A stretch of DNA of 64,000 nt, taken from positions 1-64,000 of the forward strand of contig JAYOYH010000002.1 of the NCBI GenBank assembly GCA_038153405.1, in the 5' to 3' direction. Below are positions 1-10,863 of the stretch, in pieces; within the stretch, counting starts at the first letter, position 1, and each line of letters begins with the position of its first letter. The notes below the pieces were generated by a model. It did not search any database and had not been told where the DNA came from. It saw only the letters and a list, made by a program, of their open reading frames with translations. Source of the DNA: Gemmatimonadota bacterium. Its GTDB lineage: Bacteria > Latescibacterota > UBA2968 > UBA8231. The translations under genes and the position numbers were made by a program.

Positions 1-210
1 GATCCTGCTGATCCTGCTGATCCTGCTGATCCTGCTGATCCTGCTGATCCTGCTGGTCCTGCTGGTCTTGCTGGTCCTGCTGGTCCTGCTGATCTTGCTG
101 GTCCTGCTGATCTTGCTGGTCCTGCTGATCTTGCTGATCTTGCTGGTCCTGCTGGTCCTGCTGATCCTGCTGATCCTGCTGGTCCTGCTGGTCTTGCTGG
201 TCCTGCTGCT
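1..210 (-). repeat. 9-bp coding tandem repeat (CAGCAGGAT / CAGCAGGAC / CAGCAAGAT-type units) encoding (QQD)n
   Basis: More than 20 consecutive gatcctgct/ggtcctgct/gatcttgct units on the + strand, in frame within batC. Confidence 0.95.
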
Positions 211-640
211 CTAACTGTTTTAAGGCCAACTCTAAATTGACCTTGGCATCTACATTATCCGAGTCGATTTCCAGTGCTTGGCGGTAGGCGTCGACGGCCT
301 GTTGGTACTGCTGTTGCTGGTAGAGCGCATTGCCCATATTGTAGTGGGCATTGGCCTTTAGCAGATCGTTGGCTTCCCGAGTCGCCTGGGCAAACTCGCG
401 CAGGGCAGACTCATAATCCCCGTTTTTGAAAAGCGCTCCCCCGACGTTAAAGTTGAGCTCTGGGGCACCGGGCCGTTCTAACTGCGCATCGCGATATAGC
501 TGCAGGGCTTGGGAGAATTCCCCGCGCTCGTAGTGCTCTAGTGCCTGAGCGCTCTTGCTGGCGGCCGGGTCGCCTATATGGGCCGCCGTTAGGGTCACCC
601 ACGCTGCACATAGTGCCCCATAGCGCCTTCGACTACTCAT
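1..640 (-). CDS. batC: BatC-like TPR protein with Gln/Asp-rich tail (runs off the window edge; not in ORF track)
   Basis: Manual translation from ATG 640, which overlaps the batB stop (ATGA): MSSRRRYGALCAAWVTLTAAHIGDPAASK...ELNFNVGGALFKNGDYESALREF...ANAHYNMGNALYQQQQYQQAVDAYRQALEIDSDNVDAKVNLELALKQLEQQQDQQD. TPR pattern; position directly after batA/batB. Confidence 0.85.
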   Translation of the reverse strand, partial: MSSRRRYGALCAAWVTLTAAHIGDPAASKSAQALEHYERGEFSQALQLYRDAQLERPGAPELNFNVGGALFKNGDYESALREFAQATREANDLLKANAHYNMGNALYQQQQYQQAVDAYRQALEIDSDNVDAKVNLELALKQLEQQDQQDQQDQQDQQDQQDQQDQQDQQDQQDQQDQQDQQDQQDQQDQQDQQDQQDQQDQQDQQDQQDQQD

Positions 641-1662
641 TCAAAACGCCCCTTCCATTCGCCGCTCCGCGCGCGCTTTTCCCCGAGAAAGGCCTCCAAA
701 AAAAAGCAGCACAGCGCCAGCAGCAGCGGTAATTGAAAGCGCTCTTCGTATTGGGTAAAGCGCGTGGAAGAAAATTCTTTTTGATCCATTTGTGCAATCT
801 GCTCGCCGATGGCAACGAGCTCTCTCCCTCCGAGCGAAGAGCGAAAATAATCGCCATCCGTGGCCAAGGCGATCTCTCTTAACGCCCCCTCATCGAGGCG
901 CGTCTTGACGTAGTTACCGCGCTCATCCTTATGATAGCTCGTGCCTCCACCCTCTTGCCCTTCGGGTATGAGTTCGCCGTCGGACGTTCCCAACCCCACC
1001 GCGAAGACGTGTACGCCCTGTTCGGCGGCCTGCTCTGCTGCCGCCAGAGGTTGGCTGATGTGATCTTCTCCGTCGGTAAAAAGAACGACGACTTTATGCT
1101 GTTCATCCTCTTCGTCAAAACAGCGCGTCGCCAAGCGCAGCGCGTCGCCTATGGCCGTCCCCTGCACGGGGATCATGCCGGCGTCGAGAATATCGAGAAA
1201 CATGTCGATGGCCCCGTAGTCAAGCGTGAGCGGACACTGGACAAAGGCCTCGCCGGCAAAGACGACCAGTCCCACTCGATCGCCCTCGAGTTGATCGACG
1301 AGTTCGCGTATTTGCTGCTTAGCCCGCGCTAAGCGACTGGGCTTGAGGTCTTCGGCGAGCATGCTGCGCGATACGTCGAGTACTAGCATGACGTCAACTC
1401 CCTTGCGCTGTGCCATTTCGAGTTTGGCACCGAACTGCGGCCCACACAGCGCCAGCAGCGCAAAGAGGACGCCCAACACCAACAGGACGTACTTGCCGTG
1501 CTGGCGGCGACGGCTCAGATCGCGCGTTAGTTTTTCGGCCAGCGGACCGCCAACAAAGCGCAGCAGCGCGCGACGGCGCGCCAGCGCGGCCCAAGTGAAG
1601 AACGCACACAGCACGGGAACCAACAGCAACAACCAAAACGCATCGGGCGTGGAAAAGCGCAT
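637..1662 (-). CDS. batB: BatB-like vWA domain membrane protein
   Basis: N-terminal TM segments, MIDAS DVSRSM, QCPLTLD, GTAIG, FTDGEDH, C-terminal TM. Confidence 0.9.
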   Translation of the reverse strand: MRFSTPDAFWLLLLVPVLCAFFTWAALARRRALLRFVGGPLAEKLTRDLSRRRQHGKYVLLVLGVLFALLALCGPQFGAKLEMAQRKGVDVMLVLDVSRSMLAEDLKPSRLARAKQQIRELVDQLEGDRVGLVVFAGEAFVQCPLTLDYGAIDMFLDILDAGMIPVQGTAIGDALRLATRCFDEEDEQHKVVVLFTDGEDHISQPLAAAEQAAEQGVHVFAVGLGTSDGELIPEGQEGGGTSYHKDERGNYVKTRLDEGALREIALATDGDYFRSSLGGRELVAIGEQIAQMDQKEFSSTRFTQYEERFQLPLLLALCCFFLEAFLGEKRARSGEWKGRFE

Positions 1663-1674
1663 CGGAGACTCTCC

Positions 1675-2679
1675 TCAGGGCAGGCGCCGAAAGCGCGTGT
1701 TGGCCAGAGCCGTTTCGGCAAGGAGCAGGGCCAGCCCGATCCAAAGAAAGTAGGCATAGCGTTCCGAGTACTCCACGTGCACTTCGGACGTAATCTCCGT
1801 GGCTTCTAATTCGCCGATTTCTCGGTAGATCTCCTCGAGCTTTTCTTCGCTAGTCGCACGGTAGTACTGGCCCCCCGTGCGCTTGGCCACTTCGCGCAGC
1901 GTATCCTCGTCTATCTCCACCTGCACGGTCTGGTAGCGCGTGCCGAAAATCCCCTGAACTGGACGGCGTATCGATCCGTCGCTGCCCACTCCAATCGTAT
2001 AGACGCGAATGCCAACAGCCTGGGCGACGTCGGCGGCCGTAAGCGGCTCAATCTCGCCGGCGTTATTGACCCCGTCCGTCAGCAGTATAACAACTTGGCT
2101 GCGGCCTTCAGACTCGCGCAGGCGGTTTGTCGCGTTGATCAAGGCCATGCCAATGGCAGTGCCGTCCCAGCTCTGATCGGCGATCTGAATCCCCTCCATA
2201 AAGGAGTGCAATACGTCGTAGTCGAGCGTCAGCGGGCACTGCGTAAAGCTCTCGCCGGCAAAGACGACCATGCCGATGCGGTCGCTGTGGCGACCGGCGA
2301 CAAAATCGGCGACTACTTCCTTGGCCACCTCGAGTCGACTGCGCTCTCCGTTGTCCAAATCGTTGAGCTCCATGCTGGATGACACGTCGAGCGTCAGCAT
2401 GATATCGATGCCTTCAGCAGACAGCTCGCGCTTCTCGCGACCGGCCTGTGGGCGGGCCATAGCCATAACCAGCAGAGCCAAACCAAGCAGCTTAAACGCA
2501 ATGAGCAAGTGGCGCAGGCGCGTCCATACGCTCGCACCCGCACTGCGCAGGCTGGCCAAGTCTGAATACTGCACGCTGCCCTGGCGCTGACGCCCTCGTA
2601 TGATGTAGAAGTACACCAACAGCGGCAGCAATAGGAGCAGCCACAACCACTCGGGATTTTCAAAGCGCAGGTTGTGCAT
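1675..2679 (-). CDS. batA: BatA-like vWA domain membrane protein
   Basis: FENPEWLWLLLLLP N-terminus, ALARPQ-like AMARPQ, MIDAS DVSSSM, LLTDGVNNAG, VYTIGVG. Start placed at ATG 2679. Confidence 0.9.
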   Translation of the reverse strand: MHNLRFENPEWLWLLLLLPLLVYFYIIRGRQRQGSVQYSDLASLRSAGASVWTRLRHLLIAFKLLGLALLVMAMARPQAGREKRELSAEGIDIMLTLDVSSSMELNDLDNGERSRLEVAKEVVADFVAGRHSDRIGMVVFAGESFTQCPLTLDYDVLHSFMEGIQIADQSWDGTAIGMALINATNRLRESEGRSQVVILLTDGVNNAGEIEPLTAADVAQAVGIRVYTIGVGSDGSIRRPVQGIFGTRYQTVQVEIDEDTLREVAKRTGGQYYRATSEEKLEEIYREIGELEATEITSEVHVEYSERYAYFLWIGLALLLAETALANTRFRRLP

Positions 2680-3613
2680 GCTCCTCTTCGCTCGCCGCAC
2701 TCTCCGTCGAGCGCAGGCGCTGCAGTTGTTCTAGTTCGCGCAGAATGGCCAAGCCGGCTTCCGGCATATGCCGCGCGCTGTCGAGTTCGGGATGAAAACG
2801 CGCAAACTTGACCAAGTCCGCCGTCGAAAAATAGCCCGAAATACGCCGAATGAGATCGTTGGCCAGCGCCTGCTGACGCAGCGCCGCTTCAATCTCCTTC
2901 GTCGTTTTTTCCATGGCATCAGCGACCAAAGCGCCTTCCATATAGCGCCGCAAATTATCAGCCAGCAGCGAATAGTACGCCTTGTATTCACCGCGCTCGA
3001 GCAGGCCCATGGAGGCAATGCGCTCAAATTCCGCCGCGAAATCGATGGGCTCTGGGGCAGCTTCCGACAGCGCGGGCGCGCGCCGATAGCGACGCACCAG
3101 GTACCAGATGAGAACGCCGATCAGCGCCAGCGCCAACGCGCCGGCGACCACTGCCATCCACAGCGGTATACCGCCGACCAGCACGACCGGTGGCTTGATA
3201 TCGCGCAGCTGTTCGTCGCCTTCATCCAACACGCTCACCACCTCTACTCCCAGCGAACGGGCGCTGGCCAGTACGGTATCGCCACCGGCCTTTACAAAGG
3301 CGACGTCTAAGGCGGGAATGGTCTGTGCACCCAGTTCGAAGTAGCGCACCTCTCCAACCAGAGTGAGCCGCATCGACTCGTCTGAAGACTGCGGACCAAT
3401 GCGCGGACGAGGGCGGTAAGAGGCGGGGGCCAACAGCGCGGACACATCGGGTTCGTCGGGCCTCAGATCGGACGAATACACCATCACGAGTTCTAGGCGA
3501 ACCGGTTGACCCAGACTGACCTGCGTCGTGTCGGCACGCCAGTATACCTCAGCATCGGCCCAGGCACCAACGCAGCCCAGCATCAGCAGACTCAGGGATA
3601 GAGCCGCCCACAT
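2660..3613 (-). CDS. Bat-operon membrane-anchored protein (BatD-like Ig-type N-terminal domain, LRDIKPP motif, TM, C-terminal helical domain)
   Basis: Signal peptide, LRDIKPPV before the TM, AMEKTTKEI and ADLVKFA motifs typical of the conserved gene between DUF58 and batA. Confidence 0.75.
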   Translation of the reverse strand: MWAALSLSLLMLGCVGAWADAEVYWRADTTQVSLGQPVRLELVMVYSSDLRPDEPDVSALLAPASYRPRPRIGPQSSDESMRLTLVGEVRYFELGAQTIPALDVAFVKAGGDTVLASARSLGVEVVSVLDEGDEQLRDIKPPVVLVGGIPLWMAVVAGALALALIGVLIWYLVRRYRRAPALSEAAPEPIDFAAEFERIASMGLLERGEYKAYYSLLADNLRRYMEGALVADAMEKTTKEIEAALRQQALANDLIRRISGYFSTADLVKFARFHPELDSARHMPEAGLAILRELEQLQRLRSTESAASEEEHAQPAL

Positions 3614-3616
3614 ACG

Positions 3617-4996
3617 CTATTCATCGCTGCGGGTGGAATCGACCGGCACCGGCGCCGGCGCCTGGCGCACGTCGTCGAGCTGTAGGTCGAAATCGGCAAA
3701 CGCATCGCCGTCGATGCGATAGGCATTTTCATCGCCGTCCTGCTCGAGGAATACATCGCCGTCGCGAACGTAAAAACGCACAGTGTGCATGGGCGCACCG
3801 GCGGCCAATAGGTGCACGCTAATATGGGCATCGCCCCCCTGGGCCAGCGCAAAATCCACCGCTTCTACGTTTTGTAGATCGGTCAGCAGCGCGCTGAGCT
3901 TCCACGACTTAGCCTCTTCGGACGCGGGTTCGCCAAGGCGCCACGTGCCCGATGTATCCCGGTCTGCGGCAAAGGCACGTTGGCCGCTGCGGCGCAGTTC
4001 GATGCGGTCTATCGCATCGCGGTCGAACTGCAGCGGCTTTTTGTCGCGCAGCCCATGGACGTCGATGAGCAATTTCTGCACCAGCGTCGAGTCGACGAGA
4101 AATACCTGCGGGCGGCTCGCATCCCGCGCGTAGTAGCGCCCCTCCGCGTCGGCGCGCCCTATCGACAGACGCTTTTCGGCGCGGTCTGGCCCCACCCGCA
4201 GCGACCACTGCAGGGCGTCCCCATCGACTAGCCCATAGTCGGCCAGTGCCTCGGCGTCGGGTGCTTCGTCTACGAACGACTCCACTTCGCTCGACTCGAT
4301 CTTGCCCAGCAATCCGTCGACCGCTTCGTTGGAAGCACGCGCAGCGACCGGCGCCTGCAGGCGCCACTGTGCATCTTCTTTGCGCAGCGCCAGCGGTGCA
4401 TTCCCGCTGCGCTGGGCCTCTACGGCGTCGCCTTTGGCAAGAGCCAAAACGCGGCGATCACGCAGGTCGAAAACGCCCTTGTCGAGATTGTCAAAGCGCC
4501 AAGCGCGCACGACAAAGATCTCTGGATTGGCGCCGCTCTTCTGGACGTAGGTATAGCGATCGGTCGGCGCATCGGAACCAAAGAACAGCGTGTCGAGCAG
4601 TCCACTTTCGGTCTCCAGCAGCACCTTGAGCCGCGGATCGGCCAGCCCGTAGCGTCCGGCGACCTCGGCCGACTGCGCCTCGGCGCTGTCGACGACGACT
4701 TTCTCGCGCTCCGATTCGGCGATATTGCGCAGGTAGCGCTCTACGGCTTCCGCATCGGCGCCATCGTCTACCGGAACCAGCAGGCGCCACTGCGCTCCAC
4801 TGCGTTCGATTTCTATTTCACCGTCGGTGCGGACGAGCACCAGCCGTTTTACTTCCGACTCCTTGAAGGCGAGCAATTGCTTTGAGCGCTCAGCCTCTTG
4901 GCGCCGCTCTTGACCACCCTTTATTTCGTAGAAGTAGACAAAGGCCAGCAGCAGCGCAAAAACGGCCCCAATAACGAGGTTAGTTTTGAACTTCAT
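3617..4996 (-). CDS. DUF4340-like protein (three repeated units)
   Basis: N-terminal TM; repeated W-R-L-x2-P...A...V units, YGLADP, and LRDRR / LRDKK linkers; lies downstream of the GldG-like gene. Confidence 0.75.
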   Translation of the reverse strand: MKFKTNLVIGAVFALLLAFVYFYEIKGGQERRQEAERSKQLLAFKESEVKRLVLVRTDGEIEIERSGAQWRLLVPVDDGADAEAVERYLRNIAESEREKVVVDSAEAQSAEVAGRYGLADPRLKVLLETESGLLDTLFFGSDAPTDRYTYVQKSGANPEIFVVRAWRFDNLDKGVFDLRDRRVLALAKGDAVEAQRSGNAPLALRKEDAQWRLQAPVAARASNEAVDGLLGKIESSEVESFVDEAPDAEALADYGLVDGDALQWSLRVGPDRAEKRLSIGRADAEGRYYARDASRPQVFLVDSTLVQKLLIDVHGLRDKKPLQFDRDAIDRIELRRSGQRAFAADRDTSGTWRLGEPASEEAKSWKLSALLTDLQNVEAVDFALAQGGDAHISVHLLAAGAPMHTVRFYVRDGDVFLEQDGDENAYRIDGDAFADFDLQLDDVRQAPAPVPVDSTRSDE

Positions 4997-7900
4997 GCAC
5001 TATCTCCCCGAACTTCAAATACGCGGCGGATCCACACCAATATGGCTGCATTGGTTATAAATGCAGCGGCGTAGAGCAGTTGAATGGTATCGTTGGGTAT
5101 GATCCAAAAACAGCCCAGCGCGCTCAGCAGCGCACCGATCAGTGCGGGCAGCCAAACCTGCGCGGCGCGCCGGTATAGGCCGAAGCCAATTGCGCCGGAC
5201 AGCAGCCCCGCGATGAGGTTGATCTGCCCTTCGAGCCCCTTGGCTTCGCTGAGCGCAACGGCGGCGGAAATCAGCAAGAAGACCGCGTTGGCGGCAAACG
5301 AGTAGATCAGCCAGCCCACAAAGCCGTCCGCGTAGTTTTGATAACCGCGCTTGAGCACCATGACCAAGCCGGACAGCGCGACGGCAAAGGGCAGCACGAA
5401 GACGGAGACCCACAGCACGACGGATCCCTGGTTGCCGATTAGGTTAATCGGATTGTAGGCCGGTCTGCGGTCGGCAATGTCCAGTCGATCGTCTCCCTCC
5501 GTCAGCCACTCGACGCTGTGGGCCACGAGTTCGCCGTTGGCCTGTTGGGAGAAATACTCGTTCGAGGTAAAGTCGGCGTCGCCGAAAACCACGATGCGCA
5601 CCTGCCCATCGCGCGCCAAGCTCGTATCGGCGTCTGCCTGCACGGCCACGGCCAGCGAAACAGGGCCGCGCAAGTCCATCTCGGGATCGAATTCAACCTG
5701 TCCTCCTTCGCCGGTCACGGGCGACAGATCGCTCTCACCCCAGCTGCTCTGATGGGTGAGCGCCAGCGCCGTCACCTGCGGATTTTTCAGCCGGTGAGCG
5801 GCCGGGCGCACGGAGCGAGCCAGCGGGAAGAAGCTCATAGTGCCCGAAGACAGGCGCTCGGAAATCGGATGATCGCCATAGTTAATCACTACCGGCACCG
5901 ACACGTCGGCGCCAAAGAGCTGGCCCAAGCCGCTCAGATCGACGACGAAATCCTGCCCCAGCTCAATGGAGTAGGAATCGAGCAGCGCCTCCAGTCCTGT
6001 GGGCGCGCCGGGATCCAGCAGAAATAGCGCCCGCCCGCCGCTATCCAGGTAGCGCTGAACGATTTCAACATCGGCTGCGGCAAAGCGCTCTTTCGGCGCC
6101 AGAACGACCACCAGCGTGGCATCGTCGGGTATGCCGTCTTGCACTTGGAGCCCACTAATCACTTCAAAGTTGAGCTCGCGCAGGCGCCCCTTAAGCAGCG
6201 AATAGCCCTTGCCATCGACCTGGTCGAGTTCGGCTTCGCCGTGGCCAGTGGTGAAATAGGCTTTCATATCGCGGGCCTGCAGCGCCTTGAGAATGGCGTT
6301 GCTCAGCGCCTCTTCGCTCATTTGCGTAATGCGTTCGCTGCGCACCTGCCCGTCGCCGCGCACTTCGACGATTGAAGTGCCGCGCTCGCGGATATTGTTT
6401 TGCTTGACCTGCAGCGCGTTTTTCTGCGGGTCGACCAATTCATAGTCGAAATGCGCCGAGATGTGCTGATACTCCTTCATCAGGTCCTGAAAGCGCATGC
6501 CCTCCATTTCGCTCATAAAGGTCTTCACCTGCACGTATTGGCCCTGTTCTTCAACCGTGCGCAGCAGGCGCTTGCTATCATCGGAGAGCGTGAAGAGCGC
6601 ATCCGCCGTCATATCGTGGCGGATATTGTAGCGGTCGCCCAAAAAGTTAAGCAGGGCTGCAATGCCCAGCGATAGCGCAATGCCTAGGCCCGCTCCCACC
6701 AGTTCGGGCAGGCTCCAACGCCCCTTGCGCGACACGACGAGGAGGCCGATCAACGCAATGACAAGCGGATAGATCACGACGCTGATCCAAAAGATCCATT
6801 CGCCCTGGCTATCGGTCAGCGCAATCGGATTGTAGCCAGCCTGACGCGGGCGAATGGATATGAGGCTCTCGTCCTCGGCCAGCCAACTCAGGGCATTGAG
6901 GGCGAGATCGCCGTTACCCTGGTAGTCGAAGTACTGGTTGGTAGCAAAGTCGGAGTCGCCAAAGACGACCAACCGCCCGCTCCCGCGCTCGGCGGCAACG
7001 GCCAGCGAGACGGGGCCGGCGGTATCGACACCATCGTCCAACTTGACGGTGTTATCGCCCTCGCCGCGCAGCACGCTCAAATCGGTCTCGGCCCAACCCG
7101 CTTCGGAAGTCAACGCCAGTGCACTACCTTCCACCGGACCGTCTGCCGCTTCTGCGTCAAAGCGCACGGAACGGCCCAGCTGGTAAAACGTCATCACGCC
7201 GCGGTGCTTGCGCGTGATCGGGTGGTCTCCATAGGAGACGGATACCGGGGTGGTAAAGTCGAGTCCAAACAGCGAGCCAATACCGCTGGTATCGATGACA
7301 AAGTCGTCGCCCAGCGCGATGCCCCACGGCGAAAGCATTTCCTCTAAGCCGCTTTCATAAAGCGGGTCGAGCAGCGCCAGAACTGCCCCCCCCTCTTCGA
7401 GGTAAGCGCGCAGCGCGGCGATTTCATTGGGCAAAAAGGGCGTGCGCGGACCGGCTATAATCAGGACGGCGCAGTCGGCTGGCACCCGCTCGGCGCGGGC
7501 CAGAAAGAGCGAATCGTCCACCGCATAATCGATTTCCTGTAGGCGCTCTTTGAGCATGCCCAACCCGCCGGCCGCGTTGCCGGGGTCGCGTTCGCCGTGC
7601 CCCACGCTCAGATAGACTTTTTCCTGGCGTTCGCGCGTCACCTTGAGCAGCGCATTGGTGATTTCGCGCTCTTCCAATTCCGTGATCTGCTGCTGCTTAT
7701 CGCCGCTCTTAAGCAGCAGCGTGTTGTAGCGGCGAATGCCGTTTTCTTCCATGCTCAGCGGATCGCGATCGGGGTCGATCATCTCGTAACTAAAGCGGCT
7801 ACCGCGATTGCTAAACTCGGCCAGCAGCAACTCGAGCTCGGCGTTTTCACCACCGTCCATAAAGGCCAGCGCCTCGACGTCGCGATCGAGGTTTTGCAGC

Positions 7901-8217
7901 GTCTCAATCGTCAGATCGGACAGGCTGTGCAGCTGTCCCTCGGTGAGATCCAGGCGTTCGGCGTAGCGATTGCTGAGAAAGTTGATCATCGCCACGATGC
8001 CAAATACCATAATGCCGCCCCAGAACGCATTGAGCCAGCGCCCGTATTGGCGGAATAGATCGGCGTTGAGAAAACCGGCGCCTACGACCAACAACGTCCC
8101 TACTGCTGCGTTGACCAGTCCGATCGAACCGGTTTCTGGCGAAACCAAATAGGCCAGCCCGCCGACGGCGATCAGAATAGCACCGACTAGGCTGATGGGA
8201 ATAGCATAGTCCCTCAT
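4993..8217 (-). CDS. GldG-like ABC auxiliary protein with two tandem GldG/ABC_transp_aux units
   Basis: Two copies of NF..RY..R.D.T...SLS / KVY..GHGE / HPI / GPVSLAVA / VVFGD.DF.N.YF...NG.L...WL, separated by TM helices. Confidence 0.85.
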   Translation of the reverse strand: MRDYAIPISLVGAILIAVGGLAYLVSPETGSIGLVNAAVGTLLVVGAGFLNADLFRQYGRWLNAFWGGIMVFGIVAMINFLSNRYAERLDLTEGQLHSLSDLTIETLQNLDRDVEALAFMDGGENAELELLLAEFSNRGSRFSYEMIDPDRDPLSMEENGIRRYNTLLLKSGDKQQQITELEEREITNALLKVTRERQEKVYLSVGHGERDPGNAAGGLGMLKERLQEIDYAVDDSLFLARAERVPADCAVLIIAGPRTPFLPNEIAALRAYLEEGGAVLALLDPLYESGLEEMLSPWGIALGDDFVIDTSGIGSLFGLDFTTPVSVSYGDHPITRKHRGVMTFYQLGRSVRFDAEAADGPVEGSALALTSEAGWAETDLSVLRGEGDNTVKLDDGVDTAGPVSLAVAAERGSGRLVVFGDSDFATNQYFDYQGNGDLALNALSWLAEDESLISIRPRQAGYNPIALTDSQGEWIFWISVVIYPLVIALIGLLVVSRKGRWSLPELVGAGLGIALSLGIAALLNFLGDRYNIRHDMTADALFTLSDDSKRLLRTVEEQGQYVQVKTFMSEMEGMRFQDLMKEYQHISAHFDYELVDPQKNALQVKQNNIRERGTSIVEVRGDGQVRSERITQMSEEALSNAILKALQARDMKAYFTTGHGEAELDQVDGKGYSLLKGRLRELNFEVISGLQVQDGIPDDATLVVVLAPKERFAAADVEIVQRYLDSGGRALFLLDPGAPTGLEALLDSYSIELGQDFVVDLSGLGQLFGADVSVPVVINYGDHPISERLSSGTMSFFPLARSVRPAAHRLKNPQVTALALTHQSSWGESDLSPVTGEGGQVEFDPEMDLRGPVSLAVAVQADADTSLARDGQVRIVVFGDADFTSNEYFSQQANGELVAHSVEWLTEGDDRLDIADRRPAYNPINLIGNQGSVVLWVSVFVLPFAVALSGLVMVLKRGYQNYADGFVGWLIYSFAANAVFLLISAAVALSEAKGLEGQINLIAGLLSGAIGFGLYRRAAQVWLPALIGALLSALGCFWIIPNDTIQLLYAAAFITNAAILVWIRRVFEVRGDSA

Positions 8218-8218
8218 A

Positions 8219-9001
8219 TCACCGCCTCCAGCGCCGCGACTCGACGACGCGCGTCGTCAGAAAGAGACAGAAGAAGGTAAAGCTGAGGTAAAATACCACG
8301 TCGCGGCTATCGATTACCCCGCGCTGAAAATCCTCTAAGTGTTCGATAAAGGAGACGTATTGGAGGATTTTGGCGGCCGTTGGCCCGGCGAAACTGGCCG
8401 ACCAGTCGATGAGCCAAAACAGCAGCAGAGTGCCAAACGAGAGCAGCACGGCGACGATTTGGTTTTCGGTCAGGGCCGAGGCGAGAATGCCGACGGATAT
8501 AAAGGTGGCGCCGAGAAAGAGGTAGCCGAGATAGCCAGAGAAAATGGGGCCCCAGTCCGGCGAGCCGTAAGCCTCGAGAATGGCAAAGTAGACCATGGTC
8601 AGACTGACGATGATCGCATACAGAGAAAAGCAGGCAAAGAACTTGCCCAGCAGCACCTGCACCGAGCTAATGGGTGAAGTCATCAGCAATTCGATGGTGC
8701 CGGTTTTTTTCTCCTCGGCGTAGAGACGCATCGTCAGCATCGGCACGATGAGCAGCCAGATAAAATCCATCACCGCAAAAAACTGCGTAACGACCATCTC
8801 GTTCAGGTTGAGTGCCGGCATGCCCCCGCCCATCTGCTGCGCGCGCTGTCCCAACTGCAGGCAAATGAGATTGAACTGCATGAGAATACTGCGAAATAAA
8901 TAGCCGGACAGGAAGAGAAAGACGCCGGCGATGACGTAGGCCACCGGCGATACGAAGTAGGAGCGCATCTCCTTTGAATACACCGCTAAGAAATTGCCCA
9001 T
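8219..9001 (-). CDS. ABC-2 type permease, GldF-like
   Basis: KEMRSYFVSPVAY, LTMRLYAEEKKTGTIELLMTSP, SALTENQIVA, FQRGVIDSRD. Confidence 0.9.
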   Translation of the reverse strand: MGNFLAVYSKEMRSYFVSPVAYVIAGVFLFLSGYLFRSILMQFNLICLQLGQRAQQMGGGMPALNLNEMVVTQFFAVMDFIWLLIVPMLTMRLYAEEKKTGTIELLMTSPISSVQVLLGKFFACFSLYAIIVSLTMVYFAILEAYGSPDWGPIFSGYLGYLFLGATFISVGILASALTENQIVAVLLSFGTLLLFWLIDWSASFAGPTAAKILQYVSFIEHLEDFQRGVIDSRDVVFYLSFTFFCLFLTTRVVESRRWRR

Positions 9002-9933
9002 TACGCATTCACCTCCTCGTTCGTCAAGCGCAGAAAGATGTCTTCGAGCGTCATGTCGAGCCCGCGCAGTTCGCGCAGCGAATAGCCGCTATCGATAACC
9101 TGGCGCGCCAACATATCGCGCACGTCCGTACCCGGAGCGCTGGTTATGATAAATACGCCGTCGCTCCCCTCCGCCGACACGTCGATCACTCCGTCGAGCG
9201 AGCGGATCAATTCGCCCACCGCATCGACTGGACCACCAATCGATGCGCGCAGCACCTCGCCCTCCTTTAGCTGGGCAACCAAGCTTTCCGGCGTCCCTTC
9301 ACCCGCAATGCGCCCGCTGTTGATAATGACAATCTTTTCGCAGGTCATACTGACTTCGGGCAGGATGTGCGTGCTGAGAATAACCGTGTGCTGCCCGGCT
9401 AGGCCCTTGATTACCTCGCGGATCTCGATGATTTGCTTTGGATCCAGACCGACGGTGGGCTCGTCGAGAATCAGCACGTCGGGACTGTGCACCAGCGCCT
9501 GAGCTAAACCCACGCGCTGCTTGTAGCCCTTTGACAGATGGCTTATCACTGTATTCTGATGGTGGGCGATACCGGTTTTCTCCATGGTGTCATCGATGCG
9601 CCCATTCAGTTGCGCACTGCTCACGCCCTTGATCTTGGCGACAAAGCGCAGATAGGAGCGCACCGTCATATCCAAATATAGGGGTGGCTGTTCGGGCAGA
9701 TAGCCGATGCGTTTGCGCACTTCCATCGACTCTTCGACGACGTCAAAACCAGCGACTTTGGCCTGGCCACCGCTGGGCGGTAGATAGCAGGTCAGCATGC
9801 GCATCGTCGTCGTTTTTCCCGCCCCGTTCGGGCCGAGAAAACCGAGAATCGTTCCCTTGTCTACGGCAAAGGATACCCCTTCGACTGCTACGACTTCGCC
9901 GTAGCTTTTTGAAAGCTCATTGACTTCTATCAC
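9001..9933 (-). CDS. ABC transporter ATP-binding protein, GldA-like
   Basis: Walker A GPNGAGKTT, signature LSKGYKQR, Walker B ILDEPT, STHIL. Confidence 0.92.
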   Translation of the reverse strand: MIEVNELSKSYGEVVAVEGVSFAVDKGTILGFLGPNGAGKTTTMRMLTCYLPPSGGQAKVAGFDVVEESMEVRKRIGYLPEQPPLYLDMTVRSYLRFVAKIKGVSSAQLNGRIDDTMEKTGIAHHQNTVISHLSKGYKQRVGLAQALVHSPDVLILDEPTVGLDPKQIIEIREVIKGLAGQHTVILSTHILPEVSMTCEKIVIINSGRIAGEGTPESLVAQLKEGEVLRASIGGPVDAVGELIRSLDGVIDVSAEGSDGVFIITSAPGTDVRDMLARQVIDSGYSLRELRGLDMTLEDIFLRLTNEEVNA

Positions 9934-9974
9934 CGAACTTCCTCCTTGGCTAACGTATTCGCATTACAGAAAAC

Positions 9975-10853
<879 letters not shown>

Positions 10854-10863
10854 GGCCGGCCTC

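Noticed and set aside
1..210. Possible CRISPR array or non-coding satellite
   Set aside because: The units are 9 bp with no unique spacers and are in frame within batC.
4993..9933. Calling the GldA/F/G-like genes a gliding motility system
   Set aside because: These families are widespread in non-gliding bacteria, and no gldK/L/M/N or spr genes are present in the window.
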